DNA of 64,000 bases from Octopus vulgaris. Its lineage: Eukaryota. Position 1 is the first letter of the stretch. Each line of letters starts with the position of its first letter. Location: NCBI GenBank assembly GCA_951406725.2, contig OX597834.1, forward strand, positions 22,940,001-23,004,000. The letters are read 5' to 3'. A program made the translations under genes and the position numbers. The notes beneath the pieces were generated by a model. The model was given only the letters and a program-made list of their open reading frames with translations. It made no database searches and was not told where the DNA came from. Below are positions 1-13,939 of the stretch, in pieces.

Positions 1-99
1 TAAGGTTATGAAAATCACAGAATTATAGTACAATCGATTTGTGACAGGCTGTAACTAGATAAAAAGCAGTGTGGCCTTCAAATTGGAAGAGGTACAGCA

Positions 100-1310
100 G
101 ATGCAATCTTCCGAGAGAGGCAACTGCAAGAGAAATGCTTGCCTAAGAGTAGACAATTATACTTGGCTTATGTTGATATGGTGTTTGTCAAGGTACCACA
201 TATAGTAATCTCGTGGTCACTAAAGAAGCTAAGTGCTGACTTGTGAGAGGTGTACAAGTTATTTATAAAGATGCACTCAGTAGAGTGAGAGTCAACAATT
301 ACTTCAGTGAGTAATTTAGTGTGAGGGTTGGAATCAATCAAGGCACAGTCCTTAGTCCTCTGTCCAGGCCAGCACAGAGGAGTTTATGCCTGGCTGACCA
401 TGGGAACTCCTGTATGCTGATAATCTAGTTCTCATACCTGAATCTAGAAAGGAATTGGAGGGCAAAAAATCTCCATATGGAAGCTGAGATTAGAATCAGT
501 AAGCCTTACATTTAGGACAGAATGTTTTAGAAAGTAGAAATGATGATAGGACCCTCCAGGAATTGGTCTGATTTCATATGCAAAAAATGCATAAGATATA
601 GTGTAGCCAATGGAAGCAAGAGAAGTGAAATCACAAGCAGACTACCATAGAACCTATGTTTCGTATGTGATAGATGAACTGGAGCAGTATGCATTACAAA
701 CACTCTGGAAATAGAAAGTCTCAAATACCTAGATAGCTCACTAAAATTAGTTGATAAGGTTTTATATATCTATAGGCTGTAATTTGCAAGTGAGGTGGTT
801 GCTACAAAAGAAATTATATCCTAAGTGAGACCAGTTAAAGAAAGTTCAAGGAGATACTACTACTGTTTGTGGGTATGAAAACTAGTGTTTTACCCACAGA
901 GTGAAGAGCTGATTGTATGAATCTTACATCAGAACTACAATAATGCATGGTAGTGAGAGACAAGCTTTGATGGTAGAGGACTTGGGAAGACAAAAAAAAA
1001 ATTGTGCATTCTTTACTGGTTCTGCAATGTAAGTGTGCTTCAATGACAAACTATAAAGAGAAAACTTGTCACAAGATGAATCACATGTGGTGTGCAAAAA
1101 AACAAGATGGCACTTGTATGAATATGATCCATATATGGACAGTTGTATGAAGAAGTACCAATCACATGATTGGAGCTTGTGGAAGAGGCAGAAACAGTAA
1201 GACATGGGAGGAAGTGGTGTAAGGCTAACTTCAAGACCTTGAGCCCCATGGAAAATATGTCAAAGGAACAGGAAGACTGACAATTTGCAGTTCTTCAGAA
1301 AACCAGCCCT
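100..1310 (+). mobile_element. Decayed RTE-clade LINE fragment (family A, with Cys-rich insert in RT)
   Basis: Frameshifted RT motifs VGINQGTVLSP (~326-358) and YADNLVLI (~414). Collinear with the better-preserved copies at 32272-33742 and 62525-63900. Confidence 0.8.
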
Positions 1311-1729
1311 GCTTAATGAAATTGAGTTTTGAAAGCGGTGTGTGTGTGTATGTAAACATATATATATACATGTGTACAAATGACCACCTTGACCTGTCTC
1401 CTCATATCATTTCCCTCCTCTGTACATGTCCTTCACTGCAGCTCTCCCTTGATACCACTTTATTTTTTTTCTCACTATCTGGAACCATATCTTTTGTTCA
1501 CCATTTTTCACCCATTGCTATTGTTATCTCCACTCATATTAAACTGATTCATCACTCACCACAGAACCAAACAATCTCTCATTATGTACTATGTCTCCCT
1601 CCAAAATACTCCAGCAACCTACCAATTTAGATGAAGGTGCAGGAAGTAGGAGTAGGTCAAGAAAGTAATAGGAGTATTGTACAAGAGCACCAATAACTTT
1701 CTCCAATGTTAAAGCCAAAAATATTTAGC

Positions 1730-1735
1730 TTTATT
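1730..1735 (-). terminator. Putative poly(A) signal of ZF1
   Basis: AATAAAGCTA on the minus strand, in a 3' block homologous to the ZF6 (53081) and ZF7 (60070) signals. Confidence 0.5.
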
Positions 1736-2197
1736 CCATTATTTAAATCATGACCCATTCCATTGTTGAGAAAAATACGTAACATTTGACACAGAATATA
1801 GAATATAGGAACGAATTTCAAAAAGATAGATTATGTACATACACTGTTTGTTGAAGAATATACAAGATTGAATGTATAAAAGACAAACACTATATACAAG
1901 ACATCATAATTTTATCCTGATGTGTTCTGCACTTTTATTTCTCAATTATTTTCACACAACATCCAATAAATTCATTCTATGTCTTTCCTTAGGAAATATG
2001 TTAGTTGCAATATATATGTATACTTTCTGAAACAATACTTTTATTTAAATAATCAAAGTGGTAAGATATCTCAAGACTCTAGATATTAGTTGTCGTCACA
2101 TAAATTATAATCTTGAAAGAGAGAGCTAGCTCTCTCCATGAATACATTTAAGGTTAGATATTTTGTTTACAGCACATCGTACAGTGACTTGACACAG

Positions 2198-3385
2198 TTA
2201 TTTTTCTCTATGAACCAATGCATGGGCAGTGAAATGACGTTTCTGAGAAAATGATTTGCCACAGATATCACAGTGATATGACACATCTCGTGTGTGAATG
2301 TGTTTGTGTTTAGTCAAGTAACTTGTTGTAGTGAATGATTTACCACAGGTATCACAGTGATATGGTTTCTCTCCTGTATGACTGCGCTTGTGTATAGTTA
2401 AGGTAGTTGACACTGTGAATGATTTACCACAGATATCACAGCGATATGGCTTCTCACCTGTATGTATACGTTTGTGAATAGGTAATGATTCTCTACGAGG
2501 AAATGACTTACCACAGATATCACATGAATATGGCTTGTCTCCTGTATGAATATGTTGGTGAACAGTTACTTCACCTGTGGTAGTGAATGCTTTACCACAA
2601 ATTTCACAGTGATATGGCTTTTCTCCTGTGTGAATGCGTTTGTGAGTAGTTAAACGACCACTGTGAGAAAATGATTTACCACAAATATCACAAAGGTATC
2701 GTTTCTCTCCTGTATGAATACGTTTGTGACTAGTTAAGTTACCTGAATCAGATAAGGTTTTGCCACAGATGTCACAGTGGTATGGCTTTTCTCCTGTATG
2801 AAGTCGTTTGTGAGTATTTAGGTTACTCCCTACAGAGAATGATTTACCACAGATATCACAGTGATATGGTTTCACTCCTGTATGAATATATTTGTGAGTA
2901 GTTAAGTGACTACTAATAGAGAATGATTTCCCACAGATGTCACACTGAAATGGCTTCTCTCCTGTATGGAAGCGTTTGTGCACTTTTAATTTACTGTTTG
3001 AAGACATTGATTTACCACAGATATCACAATGGTATGGCTGCCCTCCTGTATGAATATATTTATGTACAGTTAAGTGAGTACTATGAGCAAATGATTTACC
3101 ACAGATATCACAGTGATAAGGCTTCTCTCCTGTATGAGTACGTATATGAGTAGTTAAGTGACAACTTGAAATAAATGATTTGCCACAAATATTACACTGG
3201 TGTGGTTTCTCCCCTGTATGAATACGTTTGTGAGCAGTTAAAGAGTTTCTGTGTGCGAATAATTTACCACAGATATCACAGTGGTTCGATGCTTTTCTTG
3301 TCCCTTTCAACATTTCATCTGCAAAATTAATGTTTTCAGACTCTATCTGAAGCGTAAATGATTTGTCACATAATGTGTTTTCCAT
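2198..3385 (-). CDS. C2H2 zinc-finger protein ZF1, 395 aa, 13 fingers, no KRAB
   Basis: Intact ORF with 13 CxxC-x12-HxxxH units and TGEKPY linkers. aattATGG start context is shared with the paralogues. Confidence 0.95.
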   Translation of the reverse strand: MENTLCDKSFTLQIESENINFADEMLKGTRKASNHCDICGKLFAHRNSLTAHKRIHTGEKPHQCNICGKSFISSCHLTTHIRTHTGEKPYHCDICGKSFAHSTHLTVHKYIHTGGQPYHCDICGKSMSSNSKLKVHKRFHTGEKPFQCDICGKSFSISSHLTTHKYIHTGVKPYHCDICGKSFSVGSNLNTHKRLHTGEKPYHCDICGKTLSDSGNLTSHKRIHTGEKRYLCDICGKSFSHSGRLTTHKRIHTGEKPYHCEICGKAFTTTGEVTVHQHIHTGDKPYSCDICGKSFPRRESLPIHKRIHTGEKPYRCDICGKSFTVSTTLTIHKRSHTGEKPYHCDTCGKSFTTTSYLTKHKHIHTRDVSYHCDICGKSFSQKRHFTAHALVHREK

Positions 3386-3626
3386 AATTTTTCGTTTCTC
3401 ACTATTTCCATGAAAGAACTAGGACCTCTGTTGATTTCTGAAGATTGTAGGAACTCCTTTAGAAAGATGTCCGAGTTTAGTTAGAATGCAAATCACTCTT
3501 GAAATTATTAGACAGTGAAGTAGAAAAATTAGAATCCAATAATATAATAACCTCAGTCTTTAGATGATAAATGATGATGAATGTAAAGGGAAAAAAATTC
3601 TTTTATGCAGATACCATCTGTTATAT

Positions 3627-4493
3627 CTGAAATAATAGAGAAACAGTTTAAGATATAAGTGAAGCTGAATATCTTGAACAACAGAAAATTATCAACCTTT
3701 CTCTATCCATTAAGCTGTATATCTAACCATTTATCTCAATCACTGAACAGTAAGTTAAATTAATTTCTAAAATTACAACATACAACTTTGTGTAAAGTCT
3801 ACATATGTACAAATATTGTGTTAGTGTAACATAAGAAAAATACGGAGTAGCGTAGAAAGACTTCTAACAATATGAAAAGTGGAATTTGAACAACCTTTAT
3901 ATATTGGAGGCATAAGGTTCATCATAGAGAACTATGCTATTCTGTCATTTTTATTGCCGAAAGGGCAGTGAGAGTCATCAATGTCACATCATCTACACAA
4001 ACTCCCATTTTTAGACAGTTCGCTTCTGATGAGCTTTTTTGCATGAATTATGAAATGCTTACACAACTTACCCTTTCTGCATTGTTAGAAGCTTGCCTTC
4101 ATTATTTGTTGCCTACTTTTATATCATATGTTAAACTATAGAAAGTCGCTTTTGAAAGAGTAACTTACAAGCCTTAACAAGGCCCATAACTGATAACGAC
4201 TACACAAAACCAAAAACAATATTAATAGAAATACATCACAGCCTCACCATCACATTGTCTAACATTATGTATGTTGAACTACACAATGGTAGGCGATAAC
4301 ATTCGGTTGTATTCAAACCGGCCATTCGTTGTTGTTTACATCCCTAGGTCAGTTCTGACTGTTGTGGCATGTGATAAAAATTAGTTTCTTTTCAGGAATG
4401 TCACAATTTTATATGAATCAAACAAAAGAAAGCACTCAGATTATGAGAGTAGAAATGACGTTTGATTGTGAAAAATCAATAAAAAAAAAATAC
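3627..4493 (-). other. Predicted 5'UTR intron of ZF1
   Basis: Donor aaaag|gtattttt and acceptor ctctattatttcag| on the minus strand, homologous to those of the other six genes. Confidence 0.7.
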
Positions 4494-4680
4494 CTTTTAT
4501 GAATCATAGCTTGTTAGGAAGTATGAGACGGTGGTCGTGTTGATCAAGAGAAAATTTCCCCCACTATATATATATACATATATCATTGATAAATATATTA
4601 TAACATGGGAAATAAACAGTCGCTTCGTCAATTCATGCATCAACCTAGTATGTTTTTATGTTTGAAGGCCGAATTCAGGT

Positions 4681-4700
4681 TCCGGCTGAACATGCGCATC
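4681..4700 (-). promoter_or_regulatory. ZF1 promoter box (NRF1-like TGCGCATG + CCGGA)
   Basis: Minus strand reads gatgcgcatgttcagccgga, ~190 nt upstream of the donor, as in the paralogues. Confidence 0.65.
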
Positions 4701-5057
4701 GTGGAATGTTAGCATCGATTGAGAGATGTTGAGCATCTCATATATGTAATATATTACTTAAGACATCGATATTAGTCTTCGCACATTGTAAAACTGAGAA
4801 AGAAGCCAACTTCCACCATCGTCGTTGACATCTTGTAGTAGTTTGTTGCTGGATGTATACATCAACCAGGTGGATGAAATGATTGAATAAGTCCATCTTG
4901 AGGGCCCCGGGGAGTGAGGTGATAAGAAATCATAGATTTTCATAAAACCCTATCCCCATCATTTTGAAATGTTAATGTATACACAGACATATTTGTGTAC
5001 ATGTGTCTATACACACACCGATCCAGGATATAACCTTTGCTAATAACTATCTCTGTA

Positions 5058-5092
5058 TGCGCATGCTCCAACTTACAGACTGCAATTGACAA
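5058..5092 (+). promoter_or_regulatory. ZF2 promoter box (NRF1-like)
   Basis: tgcgcatgctcc...tgcaattgac, ~250 nt upstream of the donor at 5311. Confidence 0.65.
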
Positions 5093-5310
5093 AGGAACAT
5101 AGATTATATTTTGATCGAATAAAGGCTTTCTAAAGAATAGTATACTTAGCTTGAAATATATAATTATCAAGAAAAAGTAGACATATTAACCTACTATACA
5201 TGTACACACACACACATTTAACGGTATGACACACCATTCATCAACGCTATTGCCTTCCTACCAATGACCACCACCACTGACTTCCTAACAATAGCTGTGA
5301 TTTATACGAG

Positions 5311-6773
5311 GTATTTTTTGTGCATATAGTTTTCTTTTTTCAGCCGTCTTTTCTTCTCCCATCAATATTATGTTTGGTGGTCCTTGTATTTAACATGTCA
5401 CTTCCATATTTTTCTTTTGACCCTGCGCAGTGTCCACCTTGTTTATAATTAGGGGGTAGTTTTTTTTAATACGCTTAACATTCAGTTTTAGGGTTATTGC
5501 TGTTAATTATCTTCTAGTTTAAAGCTTTAAAAATTCTGTGTATTAACTGAATATTTTGTGTTTTTGCACGAAGATAACTATAAGATTTATCGATATTGAT
5601 TTTGAAAACTATTTTGAAATTTTGGATGCAAAAGGTAAGAGTGAGATTCGTAATGTCCACATTACATTATAACAATCAAAAAACATTTCCATGGAAAGAC
5701 AGTGATTGAAATATGAGGTGGGGGAGGGGTTGTAGAAAAATGAAACTGAAAATTGCTTTCGGTTTTTCTCGAACGTTCAAAGTCAAACTGCGGTTCGCGG
5801 GACTTTCTGAATGGCATGTCAATGAAAAATTACCTTGAATTTTTTCTTTTTAGTAGTGAGGCCCACTTCTCAGTAAAGGTTGCCCATGCCAGATCTAAAA
5901 CGTGAGGTGTCCAAAACACAACACACCCTGTATCGTTTTAGTTTTTAAAAAAATTATAGTTATTACTAGCATACCCGTATCGTCAAAGTCTTGTTACTAA
6001 TACCGTAAGATTGCAAACAGTGGAATAAACCATTGATTAGTGTTAGCAATCGCATAAATATATGTACATTCACATAATTGAAGTACTTCAACAATCAGAT
6101 ATGGTTGTGACGTCTCGGTTGAAAATATCATCCATATATATGGTAATCCTTCAGTATGGGAGATTAAGAAAAGTAAATAAAAATTAAAGGGGAGATAAAT
6201 AAGTCAATTTACTGTTAACGTATACACTGGATATAGCAGCCAAAACATGAACAAATGTCTTTCTCTTCAGTATAGAATTCCTCAGAATAAATTCGTGTAA
6301 ATATGACATGAAAAATTATCTGACGTACCAAATTGACTTTATGTTTTCCACATTTTACATATGGACGTCCTTATTTGCTGGATCAACAAAATTCTCTTGA
6401 TGCACAATCACTTTGCAAATGTACACACCACCATTTAGGCTTCCAATGTTTTTTATAGGCTTGCCAGCCATCGCTCACTATGTGACACTATTGTTTATCA
6501 TTCTGTTGGTTTTGTGTCATTGTGAGTTTAAAGTATTTGATAAGCCTCTTTCCGCATGTAACGAATTACAGCAGTTTAACAAATATAGTGTTACACAATC
6601 TCAAATTGCTGTAATCTGTAAATATGTAGACTTCACACAATGTTGTAGGATGTAATTTTAATAGAAAATTAAGAAGTAAATGTTAATTGATCATATAAAA
6701 GATTGTATTTGCAAATATATGAATATTTTCTGTTGGATCTCCTATATCTTATGCTATTTTTTTATTATTTCAG
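5311..6773 (+). other. Predicted 5'UTR intron of ZF2
   Basis: Donor tgatttatacgag|gtattttt and acceptor tttattatttcag|. Confidence 0.7.
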
Positions 6774-6789
6774 ACAATCTTTAGATGAA

Positions 6790-6905
6790 TCCCTGAAAGG
6801 ATGGACAGCTAAGTCGATCGCAGTGGAATTTAAACTCAGAATGTAAAGACAGACGAAATGCCACTAAGCGTTTTGCTTGGCATGCTAATGATTCTGCCAG
6901 CTCAC
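6790..6905 (-). mobile_element. tRNA-derived SINE fragment inside ZF2 exon 2
   Basis: ccctgaaaggatg...gtggaatttaaactcagaatg...attctgccagctc matches the SINE copies at 45186 and 47898. Confidence 0.8.
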
Positions 6906-6940
6906 TGTTTTAACACCAATTATAATTGAAAATCAATTAT

Positions 6941-8320
6941 ATGCAACACAAATTCAAATTAAAACAGTCTGAAAGGATTGATTTTCGTAACAATATGGAG
7001 CAAGAGACAGAAGAAACGTATAGACACAGTGATATTGTTAACATTTCAATTAAAAAAAATGAAACATCAATTGAAATTAACACTGAGTCTGAAAGGATTG
7101 ATTTTCCTAGTAAGACACTGCAAGAGAAAGGAGAAGCATCTACGCACAGTGATAACTTTAGTATGTCAATCTCTCAAGCAAGTCCCAGAACTGCTCACAC
7201 TACTATCCATACAGGAGAGAAACCATATCATTGTGATGTCTGTGGTAAATCATTCTCTAAAGTGTATGCCCTAACTAAACACATACGTGTGCACACAGGT
7301 GAGAAACCATATCGCTGTGATGTCTGTGGTAAATTGTCCTCTACAAAGAGTGGCTTAGATGTACACAAGCGCATTCACACAGGTGAGAAACCATATCAAT
7401 GTGATGTTTGTGGGAGATCGTTTTCTGGAAGAAGTAATTTAACAAAACACAAACATATTCATACAGGAAAGAAGCCATATCCCTGTGATATTTGTAGCAA
7501 ATCATTCACCGAAAGAAATGCCTTAACTGTACACAAAAGCACTCATACAGGGGAGAAGCCATTTCAGTGTGAAATTTGTGGTAAATCATTCTCTCATGTT
7601 GATCTCTTAACTATGCATAAAAGCATTCATACAGGAGAAACACCATATCATTGTGATATTTGTGGTAAATTATTCTCTCGAAGTGGTGATTTAACTACTC
7701 ACATACGTGTTCATACAGGAGAGAAACCACATCACTGCGATATCTGTGGTAAAACATTCTCTCATAGTAATGCCTTAACTATACACAAACGCATGCATAC
7801 GGGAGAGAAACCATATTCTTGTGATATTTGTGGTAAATCATTCACTTCAAAGAGTAAAGTAACAGTACACAAACGCATTCATACAGGAGAGAAACCATAT
7901 CACTGTGATATCTGTGGTAAATCATTCTCTCAAAGTAGTGACTTAACTACTCACAAATATATTCATACTGGTGACACACCATATCACTGTGATATCTGTG
8001 GTAAATCATTCTCTAGAAGAGGACACTTAACTACTCACAAATATATTCATACTGGGGGAAAACCTTATCTCTGTGATGTGTGTGGTAAAGCTTTTGCCTT
8101 ACGTAGTGATTTAACTATACATATACGTACTCACACAGGAGAAAAACCATATCACTGTGACATTTGTCCTAAATCATTCTCTCAAAGTAGTGACTTAAAT
8201 ACACACAAACGCATTCATACTGGGGAGAGGCCATATCCCTGTGATATCTGTGGTAAATCATTCTGTCGAAAAAGTGGCTTAACTAAACACGAACATATTC
8301 ATACACGAGATAAACCATAA
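6941..8320 (+). CDS. C2H2 zinc-finger protein ZF2, 13 fingers, rearranged N-terminus
   Basis: Intact finger ORF. The track start at 6926 is TTG; the first in-frame ATG is 6941 and an alternative ATG is at 6995. Confidence 0.9.
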   Translation: MQHKFKLKQSERIDFRNNMEQETEETYRHSDIVNISIKKNETSIEINTESERIDFPSKTLQEKGEASTHSDNFSMSISQASPRTAHTTIHTGEKPYHCDVCGKSFSKVYALTKHIRVHTGEKPYRCDVCGKLSSTKSGLDVHKRIHTGEKPYQCDVCGRSFSGRSNLTKHKHIHTGKKPYPCDICSKSFTERNALTVHKSTHTGEKPFQCEICGKSFSHVDLLTMHKSIHTGETPYHCDICGKLFSRSGDLTTHIRVHTGEKPHHCDICGKTFSHSNALTIHKRMHTGEKPYSCDICGKSFTSKSKVTVHKRIHTGEKPYHCDICGKSFSQSSDLTTHKYIHTGDTPYHCDICGKSFSRRGHLTTHKYIHTGGKPYLCDVCGKAFALRSDLTIHIRTHTGEKPYHCDICPKSFSQSSDLNTHKRIHTGERPYPCDICGKSFCRKSGLTKHEHIHTRDKP

Positions 8321-9364
8321 TTCTGTGATATCTATGGTGAATCATTTATTAGAAAGTATGTTACACAGGAAATGTTGAATAATGAAAGAAGAGGTCACAA
8401 CAGAGATGGTTTCTTGCAGTAGAGAAGCTATGTAGCCACTCACATTATAAATGAGTGGAGTGACCAGGATGGAAATGGAAAGGGAAATAAAATAGTGATG
8501 ATTAAGTGTTGGAATGGAACTTTAAGGTATGAGGTGAGTTGAAGGGATGCGAACAGATGAACAGGGAGAACAACTGTTGAGGGATGATAAATGTATGTTA
8601 GATAAAAGGTAGGCAATGACTATAGAAATTGAGTAATATTGAGGTGGGTGGATGTAGTGAAAAATGGATAAGGGGTGGTTATCAATGATGCATCTATGTT
8701 TAGGTGAAGTAGGTGTGGAGAGATGACAAATAGTACAGAAAATAGTGAAGACCAAAACAATAATAATAATGATACAAGAGACAGGGTAAGGATGAATGAA
8801 AGAGAGATTACATGTGCTTGGGTTGTCAACAAGGGAAGCAAGTGTAGTTTATTGGGGGATTGAGAAGTGTATGGTGGTGTATAAAATGAGATAATTTATT
8901 TGCACAGAAGGGTGATCCTTATAAAATGTGGGTACCGAAGGACAGTGCTAAGTACAAACAATGGAAGTCAAATGAATTGGTTCTGATTAATACAAAATGT
9001 AAATGGTATGAGAGTAAAGCTGCTGATGTATGTAGTTCTGCTCATGTTTAATTACAGCAATTAAATGCTGCTGGTTGTTAGGTAGTTGATAGGAGGATTG
9101 GTGATCAAGAGGTGGTGGGGATGGCCTGTAGAGGAAATTGCAAGTGAATTCTATGTATCTGTCTCATAATTCCTTAACTTCAAAGTTATATTTAATCCTG
9201 TCTCAGGTTCTAAAAGCTGCCAGTTCTAAGGAAACCAGTTCTATTATATATATATATATACTAGATTACCCAAGCCATCAATAATGACAGTGGGTGTGGT
9301 ACTAAACTTTGAAATAATTATCACATATTGACTTGTATGAGTGAATATAAAATTTTTCTTAGTG

Positions 9365-9367
<3 letters not shown>

Positions 9368-9400
<33 letters not shown>
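9368..9400. repeat. (TA)n microsatellite
   Basis: Directly visible. Confidence 0.95.
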
Positions 9401-9403
<3 letters not shown>

Positions 9404-10479
9404 TTGAAAAATGTGCATGATGAATGTTGCTAGTTTGAGTATGAGGACATCAATAAAAATGCCAAAATAACTAGTAAAGAAGAAAATTATTCTCCAGATA
9501 TACAGGCTTTGATTACTTTTAATATGTATGTCATAGTCAATGATTTACTCGTTATTCTACATTGTCATTTTCTATAATAAATGCTGCACCTAATTTCACA
9601 AATGTTCTATATGAATTCAAAACTACTATAATATATGCATATTTACCCATGAGTACATGATCTTACAAACAGGTTACGTACAACTTCTAGAAGTTTTCAA
9701 GGGACAGAAGGTTTAGTTTAAGCAAAATCAGCCCATTTACAATATTTATGACACATTCTGTGCAAGAGCTACAAAGGTATTCACATTCACTGCTAAAGTT
9801 CCTGAACATTAATATTTCTTATATAGATATGAGGAAGTACCAAAACACCTTATCCGTCTAAATTCTCAACCTGTTATTAAAATATTTCTGATTTTTGTTC
9901 CACTTAAATCAAGTGTAAATAGGCTAAAGTTGAATATATGATTACTTTCAGTAAGTTGACTATAAAAGGTAGTAGTGGAATATATGAAATAAAGTGGTTG
10001 ACAGTAAAATGACTATGAATACAAATACGTATAGTATTTTAAATATATATTGTTGACACATAGCATATTTCATATAATGATTAGATTTACTAGTGAGAAA
10101 AAGGAGAAAATCCAGTCAGAATTTATGAACATAAAAACTTTAGTTGAGCATTGTGAAACAAAGAAGAGCAAAATGAATTTCTGAATACAAAAAAAAATAA
10201 ACATAATGACTCTAGCCTATGAGAATGATTCAGAAAGTAAATTATATATAACGTGAGACAAGCTCAACAACTTCAAATGATTAAGTATTACTCAAAGTTA
10301 TACAGACAAATGACACAAAACAAGGTTATGTCTAAGCCCCAGTTGTTGCACAAGTATACCTTTAGTGAAAATAACACAGGTGTTAAATTCCAAATTTTGA
10401 CCAGTGGTGGATTCTTCAACCATCAAGAGTTCAAAGCTAATCACATATACAGCCTAGCATCATTCAAGATCTTTTCACA

Positions 10480-11200
10480 GACGATACTGCTCCTGTAGAA
10501 ACATCTTTTTCTTGAAGCCCAGAAAATGTAAATCACTTTCTCTCTAGAGCAAGCAAATCTTTCAGGCTTACCATCAACAGGAGAAACAAAATGGCAGTGA
10601 TCCACCAGTTGTGCTCTATGCCCAAAGAAATACCAGCTCCAAAACAAAATCCACCAATTCCCAGACACCTCTATAAAGGTTGACAAAAAGGATCTCATGT
10701 ATGTGATATCATTTACAAATCTTGATAGTATGGTGAGTTCAAATGCCTCTACTGATGAGATAATTAATCATATAGGGAAAGCTACCAGTGCATTTGGCAA
10801 ACTTCATTATTGCCTATAGAATGATAGGGATATAAAAGTAGACACAAAAGATACGGGTCTACAAAGCTGTTGTACTGATCACACTTAAAAATTAGAATCT
10901 TAGACTACATATAGATTGCACATCAACCAACTAGACATCTTTGCTGAACGTTGTCTTCAGGCAATTTGTGGTTACACTGGGGGGCAAAATATCAAATGCC
11001 AACCTCTTCAAATAGTGTAAAACTAGAAACTGAAACTTTTCTTATGCAATCACAACTATGCTGGTCTGGTCATGTCATCAGAATGACTGACAAAAGAATA
11101 CCTAAAGTTTTCATGTATAGCCAGCCAGCTTGATAATGTACACAAATGTTGGACAACCATGGCTTAAGTACAACCTGAAGAGTTATCTTTCAACAATCGA
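10480..11200 (+). mobile_element. Decayed RTE/BovB-like LINE fragment (family B)
   Basis: Remnants HIGKATSAFGKL and QSQLCWSGHVIRMTDKRIPKVFMY, typical of the RTE RT C-terminal region. Confidence 0.8.
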
Positions 11201-11689
11201 TATACCTACATGGTATTTGTAGAAAATTTTGTTAAAAAGTATTCATTTTTCTGGATGTTATAAGTAACAAAGTCAGAGACATATGCATCTGTAGTAATGT
11301 CCTTTTATTTATACATTTTTTTCATTTCATGTTTATTTCATTCATTCTTTGCAATGTTCTTAGAGAGAGTGTGTGTGAGAGAGTCTCACACACACAATGC
11401 AAAGCTTACAGATGGGCTGCTGAATTGAAATCTCTATGTTGCTTTGAGGGGAAGGTAAAACTTAAACTGCTTCCCCCTCTGTTGTTGGACTACTGTCATG
11501 TTTGTTTAAAAAAGAGAGTTATGACTGATAAAATAATGAAAGCAATATTTGCTAAGCATGTGAGCACTATTATACAAATAAATAATTAGACATAAAATAT
11601 CATAAAAATTAGAATTGGGAATCAAATGTGAAAATATCAAATGGCTAGCAGAAAACCGCCAGGTGAGTGGTCTTTCTGCTAGTAATAAT

Positions 11690-11910
11690 AATGGTTTCAA
11701 ATTTTGCCATAAGGGCAGCCATTCTTTTTTTGGGTGGGTGGGGGGATGAGTCAATTACATCGACCCCTATGTTCAACTAGTACTTATTTTATTGACCCCA
11801 AAAGAGTGAAAGGTAAAATTGACCTTAGTGGAATTTGAACTCCAATCGGAGCGACAGGTGAAATACTGTTAAGCATTTCATCCAGTGTGCTAACAATTCT
11901 GCCAGCTCAT
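11690..11910 (-). mobile_element. tRNA-derived SINE
   Basis: acatcgacccc...attgaccccaaaagagtgaaagg...gaatttgaactc...ctgccagctc, a diverged copy of the 47898 family. Confidence 0.8.
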
Positions 11911-12679
11911 CAACAACTTTCGCTTCCAGGCAGATAAGGTGTTAGAGCAATGAAGGCTGGATATAGTAACCTTTAGGAGGGACAAACAAGAGTGCTTAAT
12001 AACTGACGTGGCAGTGCCAGGAGATATTATCATGAAAGACAGAGAAAAGCGAAGTTTCAAAAAAAGGGTTCCAGTATATATAAAAACATGTGCGTGTGTT
12101 CAAGAGGTGTCAATAAATTAGGTACAGACTACAAAGGAGAAGAACGAGAAAGAACACAAATTTGATTTACGATCTAACACTAAGACAACACAAGACGAAT
12201 ATAGACTAATAGGCATCAGGGATCACATTAAGCATCTATCAAAATACAGAGCGAATGATTCCAGTCACTTCAATGGAGAAAAAGCATCCAGTTTAGCCTC
12301 AAATAGTTATTAAAAAAAAGATTATTAATAGTAAAACAACAATGATAATTCTAGTCTACACACAAATTGGCATCCTTACGTTCTCTTCCATACCACTTGT
12401 ACGCAATATGTTTACACACTGGTAACAACACAGACCTATACGTGAGATACAGATGCAGGTAAGAATACATACACGGTCCCACACATGTATAAGCCCATGG
12501 ACATGGTTACAAAATCAAAAAAATAGCACAGCTCTCATGACTTTAGGAAAAGTTTTTTCACACCTAGAAATACTGAAGCAGGGAATAAACTAACGCCAAC
12601 ACTGCACTTGATATTCCCCCTTTTTTTAAAATTTAATATCTCATTCACTTTTCTGTCTTTTTATACATTACTCTATGTA

Positions 12680-13466
12680 CTGGGGTCTTTTCTTTTTGAA
12701 CGGCAGTTTTCAACACAATTTCTAGTTAACTAAACACTTTTAAACTTCGTATACTGGTAGAATGTGTCAAAATAAAACATTTTTTTCTTGGCTTTCTTGA
12801 GAAAATTGTAATTTATAAGTTTAATGTTGTTTAATTTTTCGAATTTTAACCAATCCTATGGCCTCTATTGAGCTAAAATCAGTTGCTGCGTCTAAAACAG
12901 ACACTAACCCTAACCCTAAATTTTAGCCTTTCGTTTTTTTTTCTTAATTGTTAAATTAATTTAAGGATAACAATTAAGAAAAAAAACGAAAGCAATGGAA
13001 AATAATTTTAATTTAACAATTAAGAAAAAAAAAACGAAAGCAAAAACAAAAACAAAACGAATAATTTTAGACACGCGTAACAATTAAACTGATTTAACAT
13101 TTAAGAAAAAAAAAAAAACGAAAGGCTAAAATTTAGGGTCAGGGTGAGGGTTAGTGACAATGTTGTCTCAGTTTTAGACGCAGCAAATGATTTTAGCTCA
13201 ATAGAGGCCATAAAGATCCCATATTCATTATGCACAGAATGTTATTTATGTCAATGGAGGTAATTGATTGGTCAAAATTGCCGAAATGCAAGAAATTTTA
13301 GACGAAATATGTTACAACCTATAGAATTTTCGGCTCGCCGAATTGCTCAATAAAGCCAAGAGAAAATGATGTTTTATAAACACATTCTACCAGTATACGA
13401 AGTTTAAAACTTTTTGGTTACCTAGAATTATGTTACAAAGTGCCGTCCAAAAGGAAAAGATCCCAG
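12680..13466. mobile_element. Non-autonomous foldback-type element with nested inverted repeats and telomere-like motifs
   Basis: Outer IR ~12680-12800 / 13345-13466 and inner IR ~12857-12950 / 13090-13212. Contains ctaaccctaaccctaa and its diverged complement. Confidence 0.85.
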
Positions 13467-13889
13467 ATTCGTATTCCTCGTAGCCGAAAAGTGGGGAATT
13501 GTATCGAAAAAAAAGAATCTTTTTAAACGGGTGGTTTTAGTGGGGGACAGAAGTCTTACCAATAGCATGTTCCTCTATTAAAAAAAAAAAAACCCCAAAA
13601 GGTCGCAAAGGATTTTTACTTTCGCCTAACAGTAAATTTTGTAATATGGAAATAAGAAAAGTGTACGTATTCTACGTATCTTTTGCCTTTTAATCCTCAA
13701 TCTCGAATTAAAATCAAAATACCTAATTTCATCTCAATATTATGAAGAAATGGTTACCTCCCTTGTAAGAGCTACCATCACTAAGGAAACAACGTGTACA
13801 TGTATTTATATGTGCGCGTGATTATTAAAATAATAATCATAATAAACAAAGAAAGATAGTTGGCGTTTTCAGCTTTAAAAAATATGCAC

Positions 13890-13939
13890 GGCGATCTTTC
13901 GTTTGTACGGAAACGTGCTACTACAAACGAAAGATCGCC
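13890..13939. mobile_element. 50-bp micro-MITE, perfect 18-bp TIR, 8-bp TSD
   Basis: ggcgatctttcgtttgta / tacaaacgaaagatcgcc, flanked on both sides by atatgcac (13882-13889, 13940-13947). Confidence 0.7.

Noticed and set aside
4026-4055. ctgatgag...gaaa hammerhead-ribozyme-like core
   Set aside because: No convincing stem II or stem III pairing by eye. The ctgatga at ~61949 fails in the same way.
12905-12920. (CCCTAA)n as a telomere or fusion scar
   Set aside because: Only 2-3 units, and they are internal to a dispersed inverted-repeat element.
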